Positions 48,001-60,000 of a stretch of 64,000 nucleotides of DNA are shown here, one piece after another; position 1 is the first letter of the stretch; every line of letters starts with the position of its first letter. Origin of the DNA: Priapulus caudatus (taxonomy: Eukaryota). The position numbers were made by a program, and so were the translations under genes. Where the stretch lies: the NCBI RefSeq assembly GCF_000485595.1, contig NW_014577078.1, positions 391,773 to 455,772 of the forward strand, read 5' to 3'. The notes beneath the pieces were generated by a model. That model was not told the origin of the DNA. It ran no database searches and saw only the letters and a list, made by a program, of their open reading frames with translations.

Positions 48001-51000
48001 GTTGATCTCGTACCTCCACAAAAGATTGCGGCATATAGAAATACATATTTTACCCCAGCCGCCGAAAACCGAGTTAAGCAAGTCCGGCTCTATATTCTTG
48101 GTTAGCATCAGACTCCGTTCGCATATGCAACAATTTCGCGCGAGATCGCCCCGTGCCATTGGTAAATATGTTAACTCTCAAAGATAGATACATTGTGCTC
48201 TGCTATGGTCTGAGACAATTAGCGCAGCATGGGCCCACGTTTTGGTTGCGCGCGCGAAGTGACTTGCGATGTGTTCCTAGAGTTATTCGAACGAGCCGCT
48301 CCATACTTTTGCATTGTACGATGCAGTCTCTGACGCAGTTGGCGGTGTCTGTAGTCACTCAGGGTCACTGGATCTAGATTCCGGCAAAACGTGGTATTTA
48401 TCCAATATATGTCTCTCAGACATCAGTGTTCGAGCGCCGTCTACTAGTGTGTCGTGTGTTGGGCTCGCTTTGTCGAATGTGGCTCTCCGGGAGGCCTCTC
48501 GGGCCATCGTATTTCACTCGCATCCAGAGACCATGTCCGCGTCGTACTTAGTTTAATCGATGCCTCGATGTACGGTGCTTACTAACGACCATTTTACCTC
48601 TGATATCTGATTTACGTCGCCAAATTCGGCAATAAATGCCCATATCTTATACGCTGGGCAGTATAGGATTAGCAATACATCAATCTGACAATATTTACCA
48701 GGGCAGGAAACTCAAATGCCTCAACCGCGAGATCTTCTCTGTCTCACGTGGACACACGTGTCCGCAAGAACGAAGAACACTGGCCCGTGCGTGCGAGCGA
48801 TAATCTAACCCCTTTTCAGGTCACGGAGCAGCTAGGCTGTCAAAAGGCACTACAGCTGAACGAGAAATGCCAACCGCAAGCAGCGCCATCTGTTGTCACA
48901 ACGCAGCGGCGAGAGCTATCAGAATAAAAACGAGACATCAACCGCAAGCAGCGCCATCTGTTGTCACAGAACGCAGCGGCGAGAGCTATCACAATAAAAG
49001 CAAGTCAAGCCAGCCGCACTCCAAGCCACACCGCACAGACTCAGCTGTATGCGTAACCAGCCTAACAACCCACCAAACGGGTTCCGCTCGACAGGACAAA
49101 GGCCTTTTGTCTACCGATCTCATTCAACAAGCCGCAAGCGGGCAGCCAGCACACATAGCTGCACTCCAAGCCACAACGCTGCCGGCATTACAGGACATAG
49201 TACAGGAGCAATATAACGACTCGCGCCTGTATAACATATGCGCAGCGCTTCAGCGCTTACAGCTACAAAAACTACTTTTAAGGATCTTAAGTTACTGTCT
49301 ACATATACAATATCAGAAGACGATCTGCTACACCACATTACGGAACCTACAGCGACGACTGAGCCAAGCCTGCAACTCGTGGTGCCGGAATGTTACCAGT
49401 CGATCATTACATCCTACCATCATGACAACGTACATAGCGCACACTTAGGCTTCGCTAAGATTAAGGAACAATACTATTGGCCTAAAATGTATTCTACGAT
49501 TAACGACTATGTACGTAGTTGTATAATTTGTAAAGCTCGCAAGCTAACGTATGTAAAATCACCGTTAGCAGCCGCCTCCACTCCTAATTTCCCCTTTGAG
49601 GTCTTGGCAGTAGACACATGCCCATATCTGCTAACACCGCGCGGAAATTGATATGTTATACACTTCCATGACCTATTTAGCTCCTGGCCAGAAGTTTTTG
49701 TAACAAGTCTAAAACGGCAGAAACAGTCGCTAATCTACTCATTAACGAAATCATTCCTCGTCATTCTTGTCCGAAAATATTATTATCGGACAACGGAACA
49801 GCATAACTGCATATCACAATCACATAACTGCAATCAGATTATGGCCAAGATTACAAATTATTTCCAGATTAAAGCAGTCACGTGCGCCCCTACCACCCTG
49901 CCTCGAATGCTGCTAACGAGCGTTTCCACAGGGTTTTAAACCAAATGGTTTCACACTTTGTAACCAGACAACAGGCGGACTGGGACCTATTGATCCCACC
50001 GTTACTTTCGGCGTACCGTTCAAGCATTCCCAGTAGCTCACTTCATAGTCCATTTTTTCTGCTATATGGCCGGGAACCTGTTTTACCAATGGATAATCTT
50101 ATTACCGAGAAGGAAATCTTATGACGAAGAACCGATTTCGCAAGCTCTGGAAAGATTCCACCACGCGTATGCGCACATGCGCATAGCAACACAAGAGATG
50201 AGAAGCCATAACAAGAAGTTCTATGACAAAAGGGCAAGGCTTCAGGAGTTCAAGGCAGGGGACCCAGTTTTCTACCATGATCCAGTACTGAAGCCCGACA
50301 CGTCACACAAGTTAAACAGCCCGTGGAAATCCCATTATACGGTAATTAAAATTATAACGCCAAAGAAATATTTATTGCAACACGAAAACACGCAGCGCCG
50401 AGTTACCTTGCATGTTGATAATATGTGTGCCGCTTATCCATGGTTACGTTGGGACCAACCACAAAGTGAGGTCACTACGAAGCCCACTACTGAGGCGTGT
50501 TCAGGAGAGCGAACGCTCTAATCGAACGCTCGCTGCACGAACGCAGCGCCTCTTGAACGACACACGAGCGCTCGCTGTGCCCTCGCTTGATCAAAGATGG
50601 CTGCCCCCATGGAGGGTTACTCAGCAAATTTTAATCGCAAGATTTTAATGTCTTCGAACAAGTACTGTTAAACGAATTAGCAGACGAAATTGATACGAAT
50701 TGAATTTAGAAGTAAATGAATGAATGAAAAACGGAATGAAGTTGAAATAGATTGCAAATTGACGTCAGAAATGTTAGATTCGCATTCGTCAGATTTCCCG
50801 TTGCCATCTTGTAAACAACTCGCGCTGAGCGAACAGCCTTCTCAGCTTGCACGCGCGCGCTCGTGAGCGCTCGTGAGCGCAGTGTCGTTCAGAAGGCGAG
50901 CGCTCGCGAGCGTTCGCTCTCCTGAACACGCCTCTGAAGCCACTACTGAAGCCACAATGGAAGCCGCTATTGAAGCCACTACTGAAGCCCGCAAGAAAGC

Positions 51001-54000
51001 CACACCTACCGCTAGTTCGTCCACAAAGCCTACAAGGAGGCAGCCACCGCAACAAGCAACGCTTGCGTACCCTATGATGAGGGACACCTACATATCTGAT
51101 GACGACTCGGATTCCGATGATGAAGCCATTCAACCAAGACAAAGGGCTTTTCAGAGAGTAGCCATAGTGAAAGCTATCTTTTACCATTAGCAAGGTTAAT
51201 ACCAGCGCAGTTGCATGAACCATCTACTTCAACCGCCCACTCGGATGCCTCTGATCAAGGTCTTCACGAGCAAGCATGAAGCCAAGCGACAAACAATGAG
51301 ATCAACAGGAGTGCACACCTGAGACTTCATTGCCAACCATGCTACCCATAAGAACACCTATTTGTATTTTAGCTATAACTCGTTGTTTATGCCTAATACT
51401 TGTGCCTGATGTTGTTATGATTTGAGAGGATACAATTAAGGATATTTCTTTCAGTCCATTTGCAACTAGGATGCATCCACAAACGCTTATGTACGTCGCA
51501 CCCACTACGACCAAGTCGAGATGAACACATACCCACCCACAACTAATATAACACTGTTATACCGGCGTCACTGCTACTATAGACAGTGATAGTTAGCCAT
51601 TAAAAGCTCCTAATAACCTGCCGCTTATCAGCCGCACGCAGAGCGCAGGGGGAGTGGTCTTAACTTCGATGTGTCTAAGCAAGCCTCTACTAAACAATGT
51701 TTTATTTCAGTTTCACATATCGACTGTCTGCAGTGACCTTGGCGCTATCGTGACTTTACTAAGAGGGAAATTGTTTGTACCTAGAGGAAATCTAACTGTA
51801 ACACCAAGCTCGTAGACTATTATTTTCACACTTGACTTGGTGCCTGTGAACAATTATATGGCTGGCATTGATGAATAGATTCAATATTTATACAGCCAAC
51901 GCACTGAACGCTCACCTCCGTCCACGTTTGTGTCCAGCACGTGCCAGTCCTATGCCCACCCTCATCATTGTACATCATTGTACCCCCTTCCCCCCCGCGA
52001 CCCCCTTCCTTCCGCCACGTTTATACCCATCAATCCAGCAAGATGTAGTAGATAATGAGATGCGCGAAAGAGCACGCGCTGAGCACCTGCTTGCAAGCGC
52101 CGATAATAACGATAAAATTGAGATGAAAACGCTTCCGCGTACTAAGAATTATGCTAAGAAATATGCAGACTAGAATACGCCGTAGTTGTTAAAGACAACA
52201 TTGCACAAGCGACGCGGTTTTCACCATGTTTAACCATATATGATATATAGCACATATGTTAATCAACGCACCACTCTATGTTACACTGTTTATCACACTG
52301 TATGTTACACTAGGGTTCGCAGTATGCATACGTATCTCGTCCTTATGTCGCACTAACTCACAGATGGCAAGTGCATATTTCTATGTTTCTTTTGTAAGCA
52401 CGCTATTACTCAAGTGCCACTAACAACGTTGTATCTACATACCGCAGTACGTTAACCTATCCTCTTTTGAGCGCCACCAGCCGATTCAACCAGACAGCCC
52501 ATGATGAACAGCTACGCCATGCGCCGCCCCAACAAGGAGCCGCTCGTCCAGGGGGAGCCACCGCACAAATGATTCTGTGCGAGTCAGCTCACCCTACCCA
52601 CAAACGACGTGCAAACCGCCATGGCGACGACCACGAACACCCCCACGACGCTCACCGACCGCTCTACACAGTGTCCCGATGCCACTGCTTGCTCGACATC
52701 CCCCACACCACACCGGTTCGAGCCCAGTCCACTGGTCGGCCCCCGTCCCGGAGGCCACGCCTCATTTATGGCGGGACACCAGGACAGACGACATATAGCA
52801 GTTGGAGCACATTTTTGGATGATGTGCTCCGCTTCAGACGCCTCAATCCTGGGTTTACTGTGGTACACCTCAGCGATGAGGCCTGTGCCATCCAAATCGT
52901 GCCCATAGAGGAGGTGCCACTGCCCGGGGTTGCCCTCGGGAATCAGTGAACATGACGACCCCGGACGATGACACGGACCCCCACAGCAGCACGGACTATG
53001 TACAACGACGACGACCACCACGGCAACGACACGGATAATAAAATACAATTCATAATAAAACTTATACAACACAGTGTAGAAGTAGAAGGTGTTGACACTT
53101 TTATTGATATTTTCATTGAACTTGCCAAAGAACAGCAGCTCATGCAGCCTGAGCTCTTTCATTGTATTCCCAGTAAAAATTCTCGACTGTTCCGCTGGCA
53201 GCTATGGATCCGTGCCCGGCCTATGCATTCGACGCACGGATCCATAGCTGCCAGCGCTGCATACTGTTGTAGGACGTTCCCGCGGTTGCGTGCGCCTTGC
53301 CGCGGAACTGCGCGCAAGATCTGCGCTCAGCGCTTCGGATCAACACCTTTCGGCAACGCTTTCTCTAGTATCCCGTCTCATCTGGGTGAAGGGGTTTAAG
53401 TAACAAAATCAGCATGAATAGTATAATTCATATCCATAAAGAGACAAAACAAAGAAAGAATATATAATAGAGAAATTTAGAGTTTAGATACACAGATAAT
53501 TTAATCTTTCCGGAACAAAACAAAAACAAAAATTAAAAAAATTGACGTATTCAAGTAAACGCAACACCAATTTTTAGCTCTTGTAGAATCGCATGATCGT
53601 CCGTCCGTCCGTCCGGCCTTCCGGCCGTCCGTGCGTCCATCAACAGTTGGGCACAAATCTAAACGGTTAGACGTACAGATTCGAAAGTCGGGACGTGGGG
53701 GGGTAATCTGAAAACGAGTTGGGATGTCGAAGCTGAGGGTCAAAGGTCAAAGGTCAAGAGGCGTAAAAGAAGGGGGGAACATTCCCTCCTTAACTTAATG
53801 TATAGGGAGGAAATGCAGAATTGCGCACAAATCTAAACGGCTCGACCTAGGCTCGTGATAGTCGGTATATAGCATCATGGTAGAAAAGCCATCACTGTGC
53901 TGAAATTGGAGTTCACAGGTCAATGGGGCACAGGGCAGATTTTAGACATTTTCTGAGACATGGTCTGAGGAGCGATTGAAAAACTTTTGTCTTCAGCGGT

Positions 54001-57000
54001 GACCTACCATTTTTATGGCTTTATTGAAAGGACCATGAATGTACTTTCCGCTGACATGCGAAGAGTAAGTGTTCAGATAACCTTTTGACCTCAAGAGGAG
54101 GGTTAACATGGATTTGTTTACTGTTAGAAAGAATTTTACTGCCGGGTTTGTGCTAGTAGAATCTAGACATGCCTGGACGTATGAGGCTACAATGTCACAG
54201 TGAAATTTCAAAAGCTAAATTTAGTTGAAGAAGGTTTATGCTCCTTAAATCGTATAATTTTTATGGCATTCTGTACTGTCAGTGTGTTACATGTAACTTA
54301 TGCCACTGCCAGTAGCCACTGCCAGTGCATGTGGTGGTGATAGTACTGTGTAGTTTTTGCCTGCGTTAATTAGTTACAGGTGGCAGCTCTCTATATCAGC
54401 CTGTAGGCTTGCGTAGGTAAATGGATGAGTACTTACCTATTCTGTCTTGCAAATAGTTGTTGCTACTACGAACGATGGGAGCTTCCATCTTTAATCTTAA
54501 GACACTTAAACGTACGCGCCATCTCGTGACAACTTTCATAACGATCCCAACGAACATTCCTTCGAGAAGGTTCCTGATACCATCCCTGTGCCTTCCACTG
54601 TTTCGGCGTGTATGTGAACACATTTGGGACTAACAGGGTTTACTAGAATCCCACCACTCCACCACAGAGTCACCGCAGTAGACGTGAGATGAGCGCTGTC
54701 GCTCCGCGGCACTTGTTTTATTATGACGTTGTTTGCCGCATAGCTGTGGCTTACAACTTTTTCTAATGGGGGGGGGGATAATGTAATACCGCAGAAAGAC
54801 AGAAATAAATACACATGACTAAGCTATTGTTCTATTTTGGGATACAGGCTAGCTGTGTAAAGTTATAATATAACTCTGGACTAGACAGTGGTAGAATTAG
54901 CCAATTACAGGCAGTAGCATAGAACGCAGTGACCAGAAACAATATGTAGGCAGGTCTACAAATGTGGGTATATAATCGCGTGTTTGGCTAGAGACAGGAT
55001 CGGAGAGAGAGTGAGAAAGAGAGGGTTGAGATATACTACGCATTGGTTAGAAAATAGCACGACACAGCAATAGCCTCGTAAGTTGTGATGTTACTCGCGC
55101 ACCTCCAGTGTACGCGGTTGCCCTGCTATGGGCTTATACATAGTTAAGGCAGAGCAATTAAAGAGAATATTTGAATACGTACACCATTGTTGTTATGCTC
55201 CCTATAATCTGTGTTTGATAGACGTTAGCAAAGGGTGTAACATAAACACTCACGCGTAACCACTAATGCAATCACGGGTAGAAATCACCTTCACTATACT
55301 TGTCTTCGCTTTACGTGGCCAACTGTATATCACAATGTTCATGTACAGCAAAAAATACTGCTAAATTACTGCAAAAAATAAGGTAGCGCTAGTATCGCAA
55401 GTGCCGGGACACGCCCCAAAATACGCTAATATCGCCGTGGTAAGACTATGGCGGTGCCAAAAGCAAAAAAAAACGGACGTGCAGTGTAACGATTTCCGTG
55501 TCATGTCATGTATGTCTGCGCAGTGTGCACTTATACATGTCTGGTGGAAATACATATGTGTATACATCATACAATAAATACATACAACTTAACTAGGTGT
55601 GCATGAAGCTTGATGCAACCTCAGCACGTCCAGCAGTTACTATTACTGACGTGTAGGTTGGCAGCTTCAGCTTAAATACGCATGGTAGCTTTGGAGAGGA
55701 GCTTCCCCCCCACGACGTGAGCACGTGCACAATTTGTGTGGCCTCTATACAAAGCCAGGCTGGGCTGGCGAGTATATAACAGAGGCATATGACAGTTGCC
55801 GAGCAGTTCCAGTCGGACTTCCTCCAGAGAAGAGCAGTTTGCAGCTCCGACCAAGCCACGATATACAATCAAGACCACTGGCACCATGAGCTACAGGTTG
55901 TAAGAATTCGCCATTGAATTGTATTGTTACTGCCACGTGTGAGTCTTGCATAAGTTCAGCTAATTAGCTTTATATAACTTGTGCGTGCACAGGTAGCTGC
56001 GCACCGTCCACAGATAACGTTATTATTGTAATATATTGTGTTTAGTAAAAGGCTATTATATAGCCAAGTGTATTAATTATTGCGTGTTTCCATTTCTGTC
56101 ACTGTCGTGGTTGGTCATAACGGAACGTGCCTGACAGTGCCAGGTACAAGACCTGACGTGTCACCCCTGGTCATCACTGTGGGACGATCACGGCACGATC
56201 AAGCACCCACAAATGGGAGAACATTTATATAAACGTTATATATATATATAGGTACACACACACAAAGACACACATGCACACGCGCACGCACAGTCGCACA
56301 CACCCATTTATATCAAAAGAGAATAAGTGGGGGCCTGTTGTCAGAAACAAAATTAGTCTTAACATTAGCCTTAACTTTACGATGTTTCTGACAATGGGCT
56401 CCATGGATATTAGTTTATAATACGATAACTACATGTATTGTGTTTATATCTAAATCCTAAGCATTTATATACGTAAGGTTGTAATTTATTGTGCATTCCA
56501 AAATTACGTCTTGTCATTAAAGTGATATTTAAAATAAGTTTTCCTTAAACTTTGGCTTCTTACATTTAAAACTATTTACTAATAACATTTCATTACAATT
56601 TAACTATAGCTGTTGACTGTGTACACCATGAAGTTCACCTATACCCCTGTGAAACGCAAATAAGTATTGTAATAAAACCCAGAATTAATTGCTATGCTAT
56701 ACTAGTGATTATGTGTTTGTCACGTTTGCATGTCAAAATGTCTAATTTGTGGAACTTTGTTGCCAAGCATTCTCTTTAGGTAATCCTGTCTGCTGTCGCA
56801 ATAATGGTTGGCAAGTAATGCCTGTTATGCACATTGAATATGTCAATTGTTTAGTGTGATATCTTAAGATTTTTAGTTGTATTAGCTGAGAAACAAGCAC
56901 TTAAATAAGCTAATCTGAGAAAAACTACGCATATCATATGCAATAAACCCCGATCTATACATCAATTCCCACTGTGTGTATGTTTTCATTTCACTAGTGA

Positions 57001-60000
57001 CACATAACAGTTAGCCTTTGTTGTTTTTAAAATAATGATGGGTTGGGGCTATTGTTCATTAAATGAGACTTCGTAAGTCGGCATGTATATCTGGCAGCAT
57101 ATGTGAGGTTGAAACATTAGAAGACCTAGCATACATGTTGCATATATAGACTAGAGCACTCGGAGAGCGCAGACCTCCACCAAGGCAGCTCAATTCTCTG
57201 ACTGAAAAATGTTATTAATTAATTAATTATCGATTACCAAAATCTAATCAATTCTAAGTTAGCCCATTTCTGACCTATCCTGAAAATTTTATGACAATCC
57301 GTCCATAACTTTTTTAGTTAGGCTATACACAAACAAAGAAACCCACAAACCAACAAACGCCGGTAAAAATGTGTTAGTGGAGTGATTAGTATATAACTAA
57401 AACTGTTAGAGAGGGTGTGAAAACCTATGATTCAGGAGTCTTCCAGGGGCATACATGTCTACTAAAAATATTTTGTGTATTTAACAGTGAAGCTTATCTC
57501 TTTGAGAACGTCGTTACATCATTGATTTATTTTATACCTGCAGACCAAAATAGAGGTAAAATTGTACATTTTAATTGAAATTGTTCATTTACCAATATCT
57601 AACTTGGCTGGTAAGGATATCAACCCACGGTGGCGGCAGCGTCCCTGGCAGACACAATGGCTTGCAATTTTTACTGCGTGCTACTTACACTACAGCTTTA
57701 TTCTGTACGTGATACCTAGCTGTCCTCTGTGTTTGTGGTTGTAGATGTTCCTTATTGCGCTGTGTTTCTAAATTAATGAATTCATTTTGTAACAGGTCTG
57801 CGTTGCGTTCAACCCACAAAGCACTGTTTTAGCGACTGGATCAATGGACACGGAGGCAAGGCTATGGGATGTTGAAACTGGGCAGGCACTGACATCTTTG
57901 TGTGTAAGTTTTGTAAAATGAGTACGTACTACTGTAAAAAAAGCAACCTGAAAATCCCAAAATTTTGTGACATTGACAGTGTAGGAAATTGGTGCCGGTC
58001 TCGCCATCCCTGATCGGTTAATATTGAGGCAGACAGGTGGGTATTCTAAGTTATACATTCGTTGGAATGATGGGAATTTTTAGGCGACTGTCTCAAAATA
58101 ATTGCTACCAGATGTTGTTGCAAAACAGTGTATTACTTATTTGTATTTATCAATCTATTTGTTTGTTGATACGTGATGGCCAGAACCACCATATGTGTAG
58201 CAGGACCACTGATTTGTTCTCTCGGATGGCAGTATATAATCTATTGCTGTCCGGTTTATATAAGTCCGCAATCTCATTTAAAACCTCTGAAAACTAATTA
58301 CTTAACAGAAGCATGTGAAATGGCATCTGTTAAACCTATCATATGGGCGCAGAATATTTATATATCTAGGTATTACTGACACGAATGTGCTTCGGGGGAA
58401 TAAAAGGCATAATGCAAACAACAAAGTAAGAGAAATTGAATACACAAAAAAGTGTGTAACTCTTGAGTCGTGGAAGGATAGGGACTAGAATTTGTTGATT
58501 TGTGATGAAACCATAGAGGAAATAGGCTGCAGAACATAAATGGCTGTTTATGGAGAGATCAGTATAGGATCAATTCCTGATAGTTTGCATGCAAAAACAT
58601 TTTAAAGGTGCCTTCATGGTTGGGAGTTCAAACCTAACATATGGTGCACATTGCACACGTCGGGACAGCCAACGGCACAATAATGACATAGATCATGTTG
58701 AAAATAAAAAGGAATCATATGAAACTCTGGTGTCGAGGAATCTTGAGCAAATAAACCATTATCTAAAGATGTTCATTCATTTAAAGGCATAATAGGCCCA
58801 TCGATTATGCAATTTTAACGAATGCTAGAGTAACAGGCACCTTGTGTAGTTAATAAGTACATTACCTTATAGCCAAACGCGTATTAGTTTGTCCAATATC
58901 ACTGCTGGTTACTATGAAATGCCTAATTGAAATCCGCAGTCCAAGAAATCAGTTGACTGACTTGTTTACAGTTTCGAAACCGCATACTGCGAAACGGGTG
59001 TGATACAGATTCATAGTGCATCGGACATTTTCGCACGCATGCAAAAACGCACGCACGCATGCATTTTCGCTCGGCCGTACGCAATGCTAGCGATAGTACA
59101 GTACTGTAACTGTATACGTAACAGTAGCTCTGATTGTAATGAACGTGGAATCCACGTACGAATCACGGACGCTCGTGATAATGAAGTAGGCTGTGTTGGG
59201 GGCCAACACTATGGGGGGGATCACGGAATAACCACGGCCACAGACTAAACATGGAAAGCAGACGGCACTACGCGTATTTACGTATATTGGTCAAACGAAT
59301 ACACCTGTGTCCGAAATTGAAGACATGTGGGTACCCGTTCATTAGCACCCACGGTTATTTACTTGTGCCTCAATACCGAGAATACACCCAGGGCCAGAGA
59401 TACATTCTACTAGCTCATTAGTCGTATATAAGCTTCCCGGGACAATCAATTCTCTGCTAAACACCCGTAGCAACATGTGACGTCACCTAACCGAATTCGA
59501 GGCTATTTTGCTTGGCAACCAGTTTAGCGTTGGCGCCAGATTACCAGATTTACGGATTTCAATTAGACATTTCTTAGTAATTAGCAGTGATATTGGACAA
59601 ACTAATACGCGTTTGGCTATAAGGTAATGTACTTATTAACTACAGAAGGTGCCAGTTACTGTAGCATTCGTCAACCTTGCATAATCAAGGGGCCTATTAT
59701 GCCTTTAAACAAACTGTCATCAGCTATAGTTTGCACATTTATGTCCAATTGTAGTGTGAGTGACAATGAAATAGTATACGCTTTCTGTGCAATACCAGTC
59801 ATTGTGCGCTGTTTTTTCTTGGAATGCAAAACAGCTGATGCCAAAAGTTTGTTTGCAGTGATAAGCCAGGCTATGAAATTTGACAATGGTATTATTGACA
59901 CATTCAATGGTAATTAAGGCAGGCATTTGCTTGAGATGTAGCTACAGTCACTACCACTATATTGGATAGGATAATCGTTTTGATGCACCGAGGCATTGGC

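Larger units (their letters stand above)
45400..51300 (+). pseudogene. Gypsy pol (protease, RT, RNase H, integrase), many frameshifts
   Basis: ALLDTGS protease; indel-rich RT/RH at ~47300-48750; integrase [48 protein letters not shown]. Confidence 0.9.
43153..55298 (+). mobile_element. Decayed Gypsy/Ty3 LTR retrotransposon (~12 kb) in DAW1 intron 6
   Basis: 5' LTR 43153-43404 (partly deleted) matches 3' LTR 54782-55077, which probably extends to 55298 (CTTG flanks both ends). TGG-start PBS-like site at 43405; G-run PPT at 54768-54777. Domain order gag-PR-RT-RH-IN. Confidence 0.93.

Noticed and set aside
51339..51425. Hydrophobic ORF start [22 protein letters not shown] as the env signal peptide
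   Set aside because: Stops after 28 codons and I could not link it to the env-like segment; the spliced model fits better.
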